Positions 1 to 9,033 of a stretch of DNA of 64,000 nt are shown one piece after another. A program made the position numbers and the translations under genes. Origin of the DNA: Candidatus Latescibacterota bacterium (GTDB taxonomy: Bacteria; Latescibacterota; UBA2968); contig OZ242010.1 of the NCBI GenBank assembly GCA_965204745.1, positions 1,824,001-1,888,000 on the forward strand, read 5' to 3'. The notes under the pieces were generated by a model. It did not search any database. It worked only from the letters and a program-made list of their open reading frames with translations, and was not told the origin of the DNA. Positions within the stretch are counted from its first letter, which is position 1; each line of letters begins with the position of its first letter.

Positions 1-473
1 AACCCGTGGGCGAACCCGAAGGCGAGCGCGTCACCAACATCGGCTGGCATCAAGACCGCTACTATTGGCGCGCGTGGGAAGCGGGCAGCGAACTTTTCAC
101 CGCGTGGGTGGCCCTCAGCGACATTACCCTCGATTCCGGGCCGATGCGCTTTGTGCCCGGGTCGCACCGCTGGGGGCTTTTGGACATTGCCATGGGCTTT
201 CAACAGCAAGACCTCGACACTTTGCGCGGGGGCATCGCCATTCCCGAACGCGAAACCTGGCGCGAAGTTCCGATGCTGATGCCGCGCGGCGCGTTGAGCC
301 TGCACGACTGCTTCACCCTGCACGGCAGCGGCCCCAACCGTTCCAATGGCCCCCGCCGCAGCTTTGCGATCCACATGCGGACCGAAAACTCGCGCCCAGT
401 CAATGACCTGCGGCAGGGCCTGACCCGACACATTGACGATCCGTCCAAATGCCCGGTGATTTACCGGGCGTGA
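1..473 (+). CDS. Phytanoyl-CoA dioxygenase (PhyH) family Fe(II)/2OG oxygenase, 5' truncated by the window edge
   Basis: WHQD motif, AWVAL..G.MRFVPGSH, distal LHGS..N and R of the 2OG site. Confidence 0.88.
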   Translation, partial: PVGEPEGERVTNIGWHQDRYYWRAWEAGSELFTAWVALSDITLDSGPMRFVPGSHRWGLLDIAMGFQQQDLDTLRGGIAIPERETWREVPMLMPRGALSLHDCFTLHGSGPNRSNGPRRSFAIHMRTENSRPVNDLRQGLTRHIDDPSKCPVIYRA

Positions 474-503
474 AACCAAAAAAAGAAACAAAAGAAATGA
501 CAC

Positions 504-719
504 ATGACGGGCAGACAATTCATCAACCGGGTACATGAGATAGGCCGAGAACGCAACGTCCCTGTTCGCGTTGATTCCAAGCGAGGTAAGGGCAGTCACG
601 TCACGCTGTATTACGGCACGCGCAAGACCATTGTAAAAGACCGCCGCAAGGAACTGGCGTCCGGCCTTCTGTCTGCCATGATTCGTCAATTGGGCCTCGG
701 CCGGAGCGATTTGCAGTAA
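504..719 (+). CDS. hicA: HicA-family mRNA interferase toxin
   Basis: 71 aa basic protein, GKGSH motif, C-terminal I.RQLGL, directly upstream of a HicB-like gene. Confidence 0.85.
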   Translation: MTGRQFINRVHEIGRERNVPVRVDSKRGKGSHVTLYYGTRKTIVKDRRKELASGLLSAMIRQLGLGRSDLQ

Positions 720-746
720 AGCCACAAAAAACATGAGGGGAGTGTC

Positions 747-1043
747 ATGACGCTCGTATATCCCGCACATTTTCAGATAGATTGCACAGGCGAAATCATT
801 GTTTCGTTCCGCGATTTGCCAGAATGCCTCACCTCTGGTGCCGATGAGGCCGAGGCCCTCGCCGAAGCTCAGGACGCGCTTGGAGAAGCCATTGCCGGGC
901 GCATTGACGATGGGGAGGAAATTCCGACGCCAAGCCCTCCGCACGCGGGTGAGCATGCTGTCCCTGTGCCTTTCGAAATGAAGACATCTCTTGAAAATCA
1001 CATGACGCGACAAAACGCAACCTTCGATACGGCCTTTCGATAG
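747..1043 (+). CDS. hicB: HicB-family antitoxin (no obvious C-terminal DNA-binding domain)
   Basis: YPA...V.F.DLPEC.T.G...EEA...A.DAL...I...GEEIP.P pattern. Confidence 0.85.
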   Translation: MTLVYPAHFQIDCTGEIIVSFRDLPECLTSGADEAEALAEAQDALGEAIAGRIDDGEEIPTPSPPHAGEHAVPVPFEMKTSLENHMTRQNATFDTAFR

Positions 1044-1059
1044 AAGCAAAGGAGCGCGC

Positions 1060-2619
1060 ATGAGCAATTTTTATCTCGGGCTTGACGCGAGCACGCAGAG
1101 CTTGAGTGCTGTTCTTATCGACCTCGACGCGCACGCGGTCGTGTATGACGCGTCGCTGAATTACGACGAAATGCTACCGCAGTACGAGACGCGGAATGGG
1201 GTGTTGGACGATCCCGATCCCAAAATCGTCCACGCGCCGCCTCTGATGTGGGCCGAGGCCCTCGACGCGCTGTTCGACAAGATGAAAAGCGACCGCGTCA
1301 GCCTGGGCCGCATTCGGGCCATCTCGGGTTCGGGGCAACAACACGGTTCTGTCTATCTCAACGCCGGCATTGTGAACGCCTTGGCCAATCTCGATCCCGC
1401 AAAGTCGCTCGTTCAAAATTTGCGCGGTGTATTCTCCCGCAGCACATCGCCCATCTGGATGGATTCCTCAACGCGCGCCGAATGCGATGAGATTTGCGAT
1501 GCTTTGGGCGGGCTTCAGGCGACCACGCGGGCCACCGGCTCGACGACTTTTGAACGCTTTACAGGGCCGCAGATTCGCAAGTTTTACAAAACCCAACCCG
1601 ATGCTTATGCCAATACCGCCCACATCATGCTCGTCAGTTCCTTCATGGCCTCGTTGATCGCGGGCCGCGTTGCCCCCATCGATCACGGCGATGGCGCGGG
1701 CATGAACCTGATGGACATTCAGAAGCGGACATGGCATCCTCCCGCGCTCGACGCCACCGCGCCCGGCCTGCCTGACCGTTTGCCCCCGCTTGTCGCATCC
1801 CGCGCCATAATCGGGCCGGTCAGCCGGTATTTTGTCGAGAAATACGGCCTCAATCCCCAGGCGCAGGCGCTCGTTTGGTCGGGCGACAATCCCAACAGCG
1901 TCATTGGCCTCGGCCTTATTCGCGAGGGCATGGTCGCCATTTCACTCGGCACCAGCGACACCTATTTTGGCACGATGAAAAATTGCCAGACCGATCCGCG
2001 CGGCGAGGGGCACGTTTTTGTTTCGCCCACGGGCGACTATATGACCCTGTTGTGTTTCAAAAATGGCTCGCTCGCCCGGGAGGGGATTCGCAAAGCGCAT
2101 GCCTTGGACTGGAGCGGGTTTTCTCGCGCGCTTCAATCCACGCCGCCCGGCAATGGTGGCAAAATCATGCTACCCTATTTTGAACCCGAAATTGTGCCGA
2201 ACGTGCTCGCCCCTCGCGTTCACCGCTTTGACCTCGACGAACGCGACGCGGCGGGCAATTGCCGTGCGGTTGTCGAAGCGCAGATGATGTCCATGCGGTT
2301 GCACGCCGAATGGATGGGCGTGCGCCCTTCGGGCATTTACGCGACCGGCGGCGCGTCTGTCAATCCCGAAATCCTCCAGATCATGGCGGATGTGCAAAAT
2401 TGCCCGGTGTACCCGTTTGACGTCACCAACAGCGCGGCCCTGGGCGCGGCTTTGCGCGCGGCTCACGCCCACCGCAATGCTCACACCCCTTGGGAAGACC
2501 TCATCGCAGGCATCGCCGAACCCCTAGCCGCGTCTGCGGTCTCGCCCGCCAACCCCGCAGTGTACGACACACTGATCAAAAAATACGCCGAATGCGAACA
2601 AAGCGCGCTCGGCGTCTAA
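1060..2619 (+). CDS. xylB: Xylulokinase, FGGY family (eukaryote-like subfamily)
   Basis: LGLDASTQS, SGSGQQHGSVY, SPIWMDSST, ERFTGPQIRK, GDNP, SLGTSDT, TGGAS motifs; GGAG RBS. Confidence 0.88.
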   Translation: MSNFYLGLDASTQSLSAVLIDLDAHAVVYDASLNYDEMLPQYETRNGVLDDPDPKIVHAPPLMWAEALDALFDKMKSDRVSLGRIRAISGSGQQHGSVYLNAGIVNALANLDPAKSLVQNLRGVFSRSTSPIWMDSSTRAECDEICDALGGLQATTRATGSTTFERFTGPQIRKFYKTQPDAYANTAHIMLVSSFMASLIAGRVAPIDHGDGAGMNLMDIQKRTWHPPALDATAPGLPDRLPPLVASRAIIGPVSRYFVEKYGLNPQAQALVWSGDNPNSVIGLGLIREGMVAISLGTSDTYFGTMKNCQTDPRGEGHVFVSPTGDYMTLLCFKNGSLAREGIRKAHALDWSGFSRALQSTPPGNGGKIMLPYFEPEIVPNVLAPRVHRFDLDERDAAGNCRAVVEAQMMSMRLHAEWMGVRPSGIYATGGASVNPEILQIMADVQNCPVYPFDVTNSAALGAALRAAHAHRNAHTPWEDLIAGIAEPLAASAVSPANPAVYDTLIKKYAECEQSALGV

Positions 2620-2636
2620 ACCAAAAGGGGATGGGG

Positions 2637-2746
2637 ATGTTCAATTTTCGATCTGAATTTGAGAGCATGTTTAGCGCGCACAACATTTCGTACGATGTCA
2701 AAGGGATCATAACGGCGGATAGAAAAAATTACGCGCTCGGCACGGC
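2637..2746 (+). pseudogene. N-terminal stump of an EcoRV-like type II restriction endonuclease
   Basis: MFNFRSEFESMFSAHNISYDVKGIITADRKNYALGT resembles the EcoRV N-terminus as recalled (MSLRSDLINALYDENQKYDVCGIISAEGKIYPLGS); abuts an M.EcoRV-like gene. Confidence 0.7.
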
Positions 2747-3607
2747 TTCCAAGACACAATCGGGTGACATCACCAGGGCTTCTTCCATTGCATTGCGGAG
2801 CGATTCGGTGGCGCCTACGTGATAGAAATGCGTTTTTGTCGCCGTGGGATAGTCGGAGAAATGTTTGGTCAGGTGTTCATTCGTGCGGTATTTGTTTTGC
2901 TTCCAAGTCGAGTACGCAAACCGCGCCTTTAGCTTTTTGACCGCTCGCGCCAACCCGTCGGCATCGCGGTCATCCCACTGATTGTAATAATCCGTATGCC
3001 TGTCGTTGTACGGCGGGTCGAGATAGACGAAATCCGAATCTTCAACTTGGCGGAGGGTATCGCGCCAATCCCAAACCGCGAAGTGCCAATCCCTGCCCTT
3101 GATCCGCTCGCCCGCCCAAGCGACTTGATTGCATATCTTGGTGATATAGGCTTGGGCAAATCTTTCGGGCTTCCTGCAAAACGGGACATTGAACTTGCCC
3201 TGTGCGTTGAACCGCATCATGCCATTAAAACACGCCCTGTTCAAAAAAAGAAAATCAAAGGGCGAGTGATGGGCATTAAACCGCTCGCGCAATTCGTAAT
3301 AATGCGCTTGGCCTCTTTCTTTGAGCGAATGGCCTTCTCGCTCCAAAAAGCAACGCAGATCGTAGGGGTTCATCTCGCCCGTTTGTATTGCGCGGTAGAA
3401 GCGGATGATGTGTTCATTCGCATCCGCGAGGAGTGCTCTTTCTGGGTTGACATTCAGAACCACAACGCCCGATCCCAAAAAGGGTTCAACCCATCGCCCG
3501 CGTCCATCCCATTTCACCTGGTTCAAAATGAATGACACCAACTTTGTTTTGATGCCCTGAATTTTGAGGGGTGGCACTTTCACAGGATTCGCGTGCTCAT
3601 TCATCAT
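2729..3607 (-). CDS. Dam-family (D12) N6-adenine methyltransferase, M.EcoRV-like (predicted GATATC)
   Basis: VPPLKIQGIKTKLV, WVEPFLGSG, FLFLNRACFNG, FNVPFC, RFAQAYITKI, DPPY, HFYHVGA. Confidence 0.9.
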   Translation of the reverse strand: MMNEHANPVKVPPLKIQGIKTKLVSFILNQVKWDGRGRWVEPFLGSGVVVLNVNPERALLADANEHIIRFYRAIQTGEMNPYDLRCFLEREGHSLKERGQAHYYELRERFNAHHSPFDFLFLNRACFNGMMRFNAQGKFNVPFCRKPERFAQAYITKICNQVAWAGERIKGRDWHFAVWDWRDTLRQVEDSDFVYLDPPYNDRHTDYYNQWDDRDADGLARAVKKLKARFAYSTWKQNKYRTNEHLTKHFSDYPTATKTHFYHVGATESLRNAMEEALVMSPDCVLEAVPSA

Positions 3608-3776
3608 TCATCACTCCTGCCTTGTATTCGACGACGGATTCCCGCACGACCAGCCAATCTCTGCCGAATTTCGATGCCTCAATTTTTCCCTGACGGATCA
3701 GCAGGCGCGTGTGCTGAATGGTGTAGCCGAGATTTTCAGCCGCTTCTCGAGTGGTCATAAGTTCTTGCGTATTCAC
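3597..3776 (-). CDS. Excisionase-type HTH DNA-binding protein, 59 aa (absent from the ORF track)
   Basis: Hand translation from GTG: MNTQELMTTREAAENLGYTIQHTRLLIRQGKIEASKFGRDWLVVRESVVEYKAGVMNDE; GGAG RBS; overlaps the methylase start. Confidence 0.85.
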   Translation of the reverse strand: MNTQELMTTREAAENLGYTIQHTRLLIRQGKIEASKFGRDWLVVRESVVEYKAGVMNDE

Positions 3777-3807
3777 AACATATCTCCCACAGAGTTTGAG
3801 ACGGCTT

Positions 3808-4056
3808 CTAATTTGGAAGGTTCAGCAAAATGGTGATGGTAGCACCGAAAATGGCGAGAAGGATCGTGAACTGAAGGCCGATAACCCACTTAAAAATGCT
3901 GATCATACGATTTTCAAGGCTGGTTGTGCGATTTTCAAGGCTGGTCAAACGGTTGTCTATGCTCGCCAAGCGGTGGTTGATCTGCTCGATGATAGCCTCA
4001 ACGCGGGTCAAACGGATGTCGTGCTCGGTCACTCGGCTTTCAAGGGTGGGAATCAT
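3808..4056 (-). CDS. Small coiled-coil protein with C-terminal TM helix (XhlA/DUF1640-like)
   Basis: Heptads RLASIDN/RLTSLEN/RTTSLEN then hydrophobic tail; AAGGAG RBS. Confidence 0.75.
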   Translation of the reverse strand: MIPTLESRVTEHDIRLTRVEAIIEQINHRLASIDNRLTSLENRTTSLENRMISIFKWVIGLQFTILLAIFGATITILLNLPN

Positions 4057-4215
4057 GTGCTTTCTCCTTTGCGATTCGATGATCGCACCTCACTGACGCA
4101 ACTCGGTGTTCGTCATACGCGCTCGTCACCCCGACCTGAAAACGGGGCTTTACGGGTTGTTCTGGTAATTGGGAATGTGCGCGATGGCATTATTGCCCGT
4201 TTATATTCCCAAAGG

Positions 4216-4243
4216 AATATAGCCACATATTTGGGGATGTCAA
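4216..4243 (-). promoter_or_regulatory. Sigma70 promoter for the coiled-coil/HTH/methylase operon
   Basis: TTGACA-16 bp-TATATT on the minus strand, overlapped by an imperfect inverted repeat. Confidence 0.6.
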
Positions 4244-4260
4244 GGATTATTCCATTCCCA

Positions 4261-5583
4261 TCAATACTCCGCGAGGCGTAGGGTGCCTGCGTTTGTTTCG
4301 TCGATGGAAGCGCGGTACGCGTGGGGGCGGCGTTGCATCCAGTTGATGCTGCGGTAGCAACCGCGGTTTTGCGGGCGGAACCCATCCACGAGATCGACTT
4401 CAGCGGCGATAAAGGGTTGGTTGCCATCGTTCCACGCCAGCACATGCCCTGTGCGGTCGATGATGCAACTGCCCTCTGCGCGGTTGACAGCCACCACCAT
4501 GCACAACTGATTGTCCAGCGCGCGCGTTTGCATGATGCCGCGAAAGCGTTGGGCGTCCCACGTATGATCTTCCGGATGCCAAGCGCGGTGATCGCCCATG
4601 ATGGGCAACAGCAAAAAGTCCGCGCCATTGAGGCCGATCATCCGCGAGGATTCGGCGGCCGAGGAATCCATACAAACATTGCACCCGATCCGACCGATTG
4701 ACGTATCGAACACCGGAAACGCATCGCCCGGCAAAATGCCCGAATCCATTTCCTTGCCCACGGCGAGATGCACCTTGCGGTACTTGCCAGCGATGCGACC
4801 ATCGGGTGCGAACAACGCGGCGGTGTTGTGTACTGCATCGCCATCGCGCTCGAGCACGCCCAAGAGCAGGTGGACGCCATAATCGCGTGCAATGTCGGAA
4901 AACGGCTCGGTCTCAACACTCGGCACGGGCACGGCCAAGTCCAAAGGGCTGCCCTGAACCCCGTATTGCAATGCGATCTCGGGCAACGCGATCAGGTCGG
5001 GATTTTCGCGTTCACAGGCCGCGCGGCACAACGGCGCGTACAGATCGACATTGTCTTGAATGGACGCAAACCGCCGGTTGCGATCCTCGCGCCGGCCGGT
5101 TGCGACGCAGATTTTCACCGGCGCGGAAGATTCGGCCTGCCCATGCACGCTCACGTCGGGCAACTGCCACTCGGACGCGCCCTTGATGGACCATCGGAAC
5201 GTATAGCGCACGGTCAGGTGGTCGGCCCCTTTGGGCGCGGTGAGGCGGCGCGAGAATTGCACGGTGTTGCCGTTCCATTCGGGCAGGAGATAATCCCACG
5301 CCACGATGTCATTTCGCCGCCCATAGTCCCAAGGCATGGAGCCCCAATACGCCTCGCAACGCAACACATCGCGTGCGTGGTCCACATCTTGAAATTGGGC
5401 GTGGGCGACGATTTCATGCATTTTGCCGGCCTGAACGCCCGAGTACACGACCTGCCACCCGCCGATGCAGGTGCGCGTGCCATTCGCGGCAATCGCCAGC
5501 GCGTCATCGCCGCGTTCTGTCAATGGCGCGGCGGTTGGATGCGGCGCCCAGGGTTCGATGGATTTGAGTTGCAAATCGGACAT
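4261..5583 (-). CDS. Carbon-nitrogen hydrolase (nitrilase superfamily) with ~150 aa N-terminal extension
   Basis: E-K-C triad: LIALPE, GKYRKVHL, IGCNVCMD; GGAGG RBS. Confidence 0.85.
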   Translation of the reverse strand: MSDLQLKSIEPWAPHPTAAPLTERGDDALAIAANGTRTCIGGWQVVYSGVQAGKMHEIVAHAQFQDVDHARDVLRCEAYWGSMPWDYGRRNDIVAWDYLLPEWNGNTVQFSRRLTAPKGADHLTVRYTFRWSIKGASEWQLPDVSVHGQAESSAPVKICVATGRREDRNRRFASIQDNVDLYAPLCRAACERENPDLIALPEIALQYGVQGSPLDLAVPVPSVETEPFSDIARDYGVHLLLGVLERDGDAVHNTAALFAPDGRIAGKYRKVHLAVGKEMDSGILPGDAFPVFDTSIGRIGCNVCMDSSAAESSRMIGLNGADFLLLPIMGDHRAWHPEDHTWDAQRFRGIMQTRALDNQLCMVVAVNRAEGSCIIDRTGHVLAWNDGNQPFIAAEVDLVDGFRPQNRGCYRSINWMQRRPHAYRASIDETNAGTLRLAEY

Positions 5584-5633
5584 GGTGTGCCTCCTTGTGT
5601 CTTTTTGGATTTTCCCGTCGTTGTCATAAGTGC

Positions 5634-5662
5634 AATATAGCGTATTGACCCCGACTTTTCAA
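5634..5662 (-). promoter_or_regulatory. Putative sigma70 promoter of the C-N hydrolase
   Basis: TTGAAA-17 bp-TATATT on the minus strand. Confidence 0.45.
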
Positions 5663-5753
5663 CGAGGAGTTTCTCTAGTGCATCCATCAATTTTCGCTTT
5701 TCCCCACCGCAAAGATCAATTAAATTTCCGTATAATACCAATTTGATTTCTAT

Positions 5754-6140
5754 GCCGTGTTGACATTTTATTTTTTTACGTTACGCATAGATTAGCAAAT
5801 GTGTTGCTTGCTCATTTAAGGCATTTGGTCATGCCCCCTCGTTGGTTGCCTCCGATGCCTTCGGCGACCTACTTTTTTTCAACAGCAAAAAAAGTAGGCA
5901 AAAAATGCCGCTCTCAAACGCCGAGGGGCTTGCACAGCGCAAAGCGCTTTTGTAACAGAACGATATGCGCCAGCCTGCAAAGTGGGTTGCAATATGGACA
6001 TTGGTTGCGAGACGGCCTTGCGCGCTGTGCGTGATGGCTTGATCGGAGGGGTTTTGCGAGAGCACTTGTTGGGATGCCTTCTTTGAACTGCGGAACGTCA
6101 GGGCTTGATTTTCTCGATAAACCGCTCAAGCCGTTTCAAG
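5754..6140. mobile_element. IS5 (IS427-group) remnant containing a ~325 bp MITE-like element (copy 1, ~5778-6101)
   Basis: Degenerate IS5 end GCCGTGTTGACATTTT; insert highly similar to 42449-42779 and ending TGCGGAACGTCAG; then a minus-strand transposase scrap RLERFIEKIKP. Confidence 0.7.
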
Positions 6141-6181
6141 TTGGTATCAGGCACACAGCGGTCAGCTATCGGAGGGTTGAA

Positions 6182-6733
6182 ATGAGAATATCCGTTTTTT
6201 TGAGTTGCCCCAAGCCGCATTTGAGCAGGCAACAGAAATTCGTCGACAGATTGGAAGAGTACCTGCGGATGCGCGGCTTAGAACCGAGAACACTCGGCGT
6301 CACTGATTACGACATGGACGCCCCGCTCAAAGCGATACGCAGGCTCATGCTCGAATCCAACGGCCTCATCACCATTGCCCTAAAACGTGCGTTAATCCGC
6401 GACGCCACAGTTCGCCCCGATACGGACATGTCGGAGGCAAAAGAGAGCAAAATTCAGAACATGTGGCTGACGAGTCCATATTGTCAGATCGAACCTGCAA
6501 TGGCGTATCAACTCGGCCTGCCCATCCTCATCCTGCGCGAGCGAGGGGTGATTCAAGAGGGCCTGCTTGAAAAAGGAGTCGTGGGCACGTATATGCCCGA
6601 ATTTTCATTGGAAGACGAAAACTTCGACTATCTCCAATCCCCAGAATGGAACGACCTCGTCGGCCAATGGGAAGGGCTCGTCAGGGCCGTAGTCGAAATG
6701 AAGGGCAACCCTCCCAGACTCTACGGTCACTGA
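6182..6733 (+). CDS. Stand-alone TIR-like / nucleoside deoxyribosyltransferase-like protein
   Basis: VFLS start, TSPYCQIEPAMAYQLGLPILIL with conserved Glu; GGAGG RBS. Confidence 0.65.
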   Translation: MRISVFLSCPKPHLSRQQKFVDRLEEYLRMRGLEPRTLGVTDYDMDAPLKAIRRLMLESNGLITIALKRALIRDATVRPDTDMSEAKESKIQNMWLTSPYCQIEPAMAYQLGLPILILRERGVIQEGLLEKGVVGTYMPEFSLEDENFDYLQSPEWNDLVGQWEGLVRAVVEMKGNPPRLYGH

Positions 6734-6786
6734 GTCAGCGGTCGGGCCGCCGGGTTTTCATCCATTTTCACCCATGGTTGATTTTT

Positions 6787-7599
6787 ATGACTATCGACAT
6801 CCAATCCTGCCTCCGCCGTCCTAAAATCGACATGCACTGCCATGTCTGGCTCATGGACGGATGGGAACGATCCGCGGACCACCTCGTCGATTCCGGCGCG
6901 ATGCTCGGCATCACCGAATACTGGTGTTCCTCCATCATCTCGCAAGGCATCCTCGCGCCTATCGAAGAAGTGCGCCTCCACAACGACACCACCTTGGGCG
7001 CGATGGCACGCCACCCGCAACGCATTCGCGGCTGGTGCTTTCTCATCCCCGGCCACTTTCAAGACGCCATCGACGAAGCCGAACGCTGCCTCGACGCGGG
7101 CATGATCGGCATCAAGCTCTACAACCAGTACCGCATCAACGACCCGGCCGTTCACCCCATCTTGGCATTGGCGAGCGAACGCCGCGTGCCCATTTTGCAA
7201 CACGCCGGATACCCGGTTGCCGAACACCGCGCGAGCCAGCCCCTCATCTCGCACGGCATTCACTTCACCGAAGCCAGCGAAAAATACCCGGACGCCATGC
7301 TCATCCACGCCCACATCGGCGGCGGCGGCGACTGGGAACACACGGTGCGCGAAATGCGCGACGCGTCTCCCAATGTCTATATCGACGTCTCGGGCAGCAA
7401 CTTGGACGATGGGCAAGTCGAATACGCGGTTACAGAACTCGGCATCGGGCGCGTGCTCTTTGGCACAGATGGCACGATGGCCGGCTCTGTGGGCAAAGTT
7501 CTGGACGCGGACCTCACAGACGACCAACGCGACCAAATTTTTTTCCACAACGCGGAACGCATCCTCGCACAACAAGGCGCGTCCCCGCTTCATCCCTAA
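6787..7599 (+). CDS. Amidohydrolase family protein (Amidohydro_2)
   Basis: IDMHCH, GIKL, ILQH, AHIGGG, VLFGTD. Confidence 0.88.
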   Translation: MTIDIQSCLRRPKIDMHCHVWLMDGWERSADHLVDSGAMLGITEYWCSSIISQGILAPIEEVRLHNDTTLGAMARHPQRIRGWCFLIPGHFQDAIDEAERCLDAGMIGIKLYNQYRINDPAVHPILALASERRVPILQHAGYPVAEHRASQPLISHGIHFTEASEKYPDAMLIHAHIGGGGDWEHTVREMRDASPNVYIDVSGSNLDDGQVEYAVTELGIGRVLFGTDGTMAGSVGKVLDADLTDDQRDQIFFHNAERILAQQGASPLHP

Positions 7600-7751
7600 T
7601 CGGGCCCCTCCTGCGAGGACAGAGAATCGGTGTGACGCGCCCAACGCTCGTTCGCGGTCATGTGGTACTGACGCGGTTTCCATCACAGGGGTTGTCCCTA
7701 CGATGGCATTATCGGACAAATGCACTCGCACGCTAACAAAAGGATACGACC

Positions 7752-8777
7752 ATGAGTTTTACGCGCATTCAGCCCATTCCCAGTGCGGAGGAAATCGAGG
7801 CGCGGTTGCCCCTGCCCGATGATTTGAAGGCCATCAAAGCGAGGCGAGACGCGGAGATTCGGGCGATTTTTGAGCGCGAGAGCGATAAGTTCTTGCTGAT
7901 CATCGGCCCGTGCTCCGCGCACAATGTCGATGCGGTGTGCGAATACGTCAACCGCTTGGCGAGGCTTCAAGATCAGGTGCGGGACAAATTGGTGCTCGTA
8001 CCGAGGATTTACACCAACAAGCCGCGGACGACCGGCGAGGGGTACAAGGGCATGGCGCATCAGCCGGATCCCAAGGGCACGCCCGATATGGTCATCGGGA
8101 TCAAGACCATTCGGCAAATGCAGATTCGCGCATTCCGCGAGTCGCACCTCACCGCTGCCGATGAGATGCTCTATCCCTCCAATCTGCCCTACTTGGAGGA
8201 TTTGCTGAGTTATATTGCGGTGGGCGCGCGCTCCGTTGAAAATCAGAATCACCGCTTGACCATCAGCGGCGTGGATGTGCCCGCGGGCATGAAGAATCCC
8301 ACTGGCGGGGATTTGGACGTGATGTTCAACGCCATTTACGCGGCGCAGATCCCGCATGTGTTTTTCTACAACGGCTGGGAAGTCCGCACCTCGGGCAATC
8401 CGCTGACGCACGCGGTTCTGCGCGGGATGGCGTATCAGGGACGCAGCATCCCCAATTATCACTACGAGGATTTGATCCACATCGCCGAGCAATATCACAC
8501 GCGCAAGTTGGGCAATCCAACGTTGATCGTGGATACCAACCACAACAATTCCAACAAAGTATTCTCGGAACAGCCGCGCATTGGCCTCGAGGTGATGCGT
8601 AGCCGGCAACATTCTCCGCTCCTTTGCAACATAGTGCGCGGGTTGATGGTCGAAAGCTATTTGCAAGAAGGATCGCAAAAAGCAGGCGAAGGCATCTTCG
8701 GCAAGTCGATCACGGATCCGTGCTTGGGCTGGGAAGATACAGAGGTCTTTGTGAAGGAATTGGCAGAGGTGGTGTAA
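7752..8777 (+). CDS. aroG: 3-deoxy-7-phosphoheptulonate (DAHP) synthase, class I (isoenzyme not resolvable)
   Basis: IIGPCS, KPRTTG.GYKG, AVGARS, GMKNPT, VLRG, D.NH.NS, G.M.ES, SITDPCLGW. Confidence 0.93.
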   Translation: MSFTRIQPIPSAEEIEARLPLPDDLKAIKARRDAEIRAIFERESDKFLLIIGPCSAHNVDAVCEYVNRLARLQDQVRDKLVLVPRIYTNKPRTTGEGYKGMAHQPDPKGTPDMVIGIKTIRQMQIRAFRESHLTAADEMLYPSNLPYLEDLLSYIAVGARSVENQNHRLTISGVDVPAGMKNPTGGDLDVMFNAIYAAQIPHVFFYNGWEVRTSGNPLTHAVLRGMAYQGRSIPNYHYEDLIHIAEQYHTRKLGNPTLIVDTNHNNSNKVFSEQPRIGLEVMRSRQHSPLLCNIVRGLMVESYLQEGSQKAGEGIFGKSITDPCLGWEDTEVFVKELAEVV

Positions 8778-8864
8778 TATCCATCTGATTGTCCGTATCC
8801 CGCGTCCCATCAGGGCTGAATGAGGAATTGGGAATGCCCTTACCCCACCGATTCACATTTTGAT

Positions 8865-8892
8865 TTGACAATTTTTCGCGGTTTCGTAGTAT
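8865..8892 (+). promoter_or_regulatory. Putative sigma70 promoter
   Basis: TTGACA-16 bp-TAGTAT. Confidence 0.5.
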
Positions 8893-8999
8893 GTCTAACA
8901 ATGTCGCCCATCTCAAATTCATCTGCAAAGGAGCGTATTTCATGTCGCGTTTAGACCTTTTTGGCAGAGGGTTTTATGTCTATAAAAAACAACAACTTA

Positions 9000-9018
9000 C
9001 CCCCCCCCCCCCCCCCCC
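9000..9018. repeat. Poly-C tract (19 C), possible phase-variation switch
   Basis: Counted directly; lies 15 bp before a secreted-protein ORF. Confidence 0.85.
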
Positions 9019-9033
9019 GAAAAATGCGATGCC

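Noticed and set aside
5801-6034. Duplicated small protein MPSATYFFSTAKK (also ~42530)
   Set aside because: The two copies differ by a frameshifting A in the A-run and belong to a non-coding MITE.
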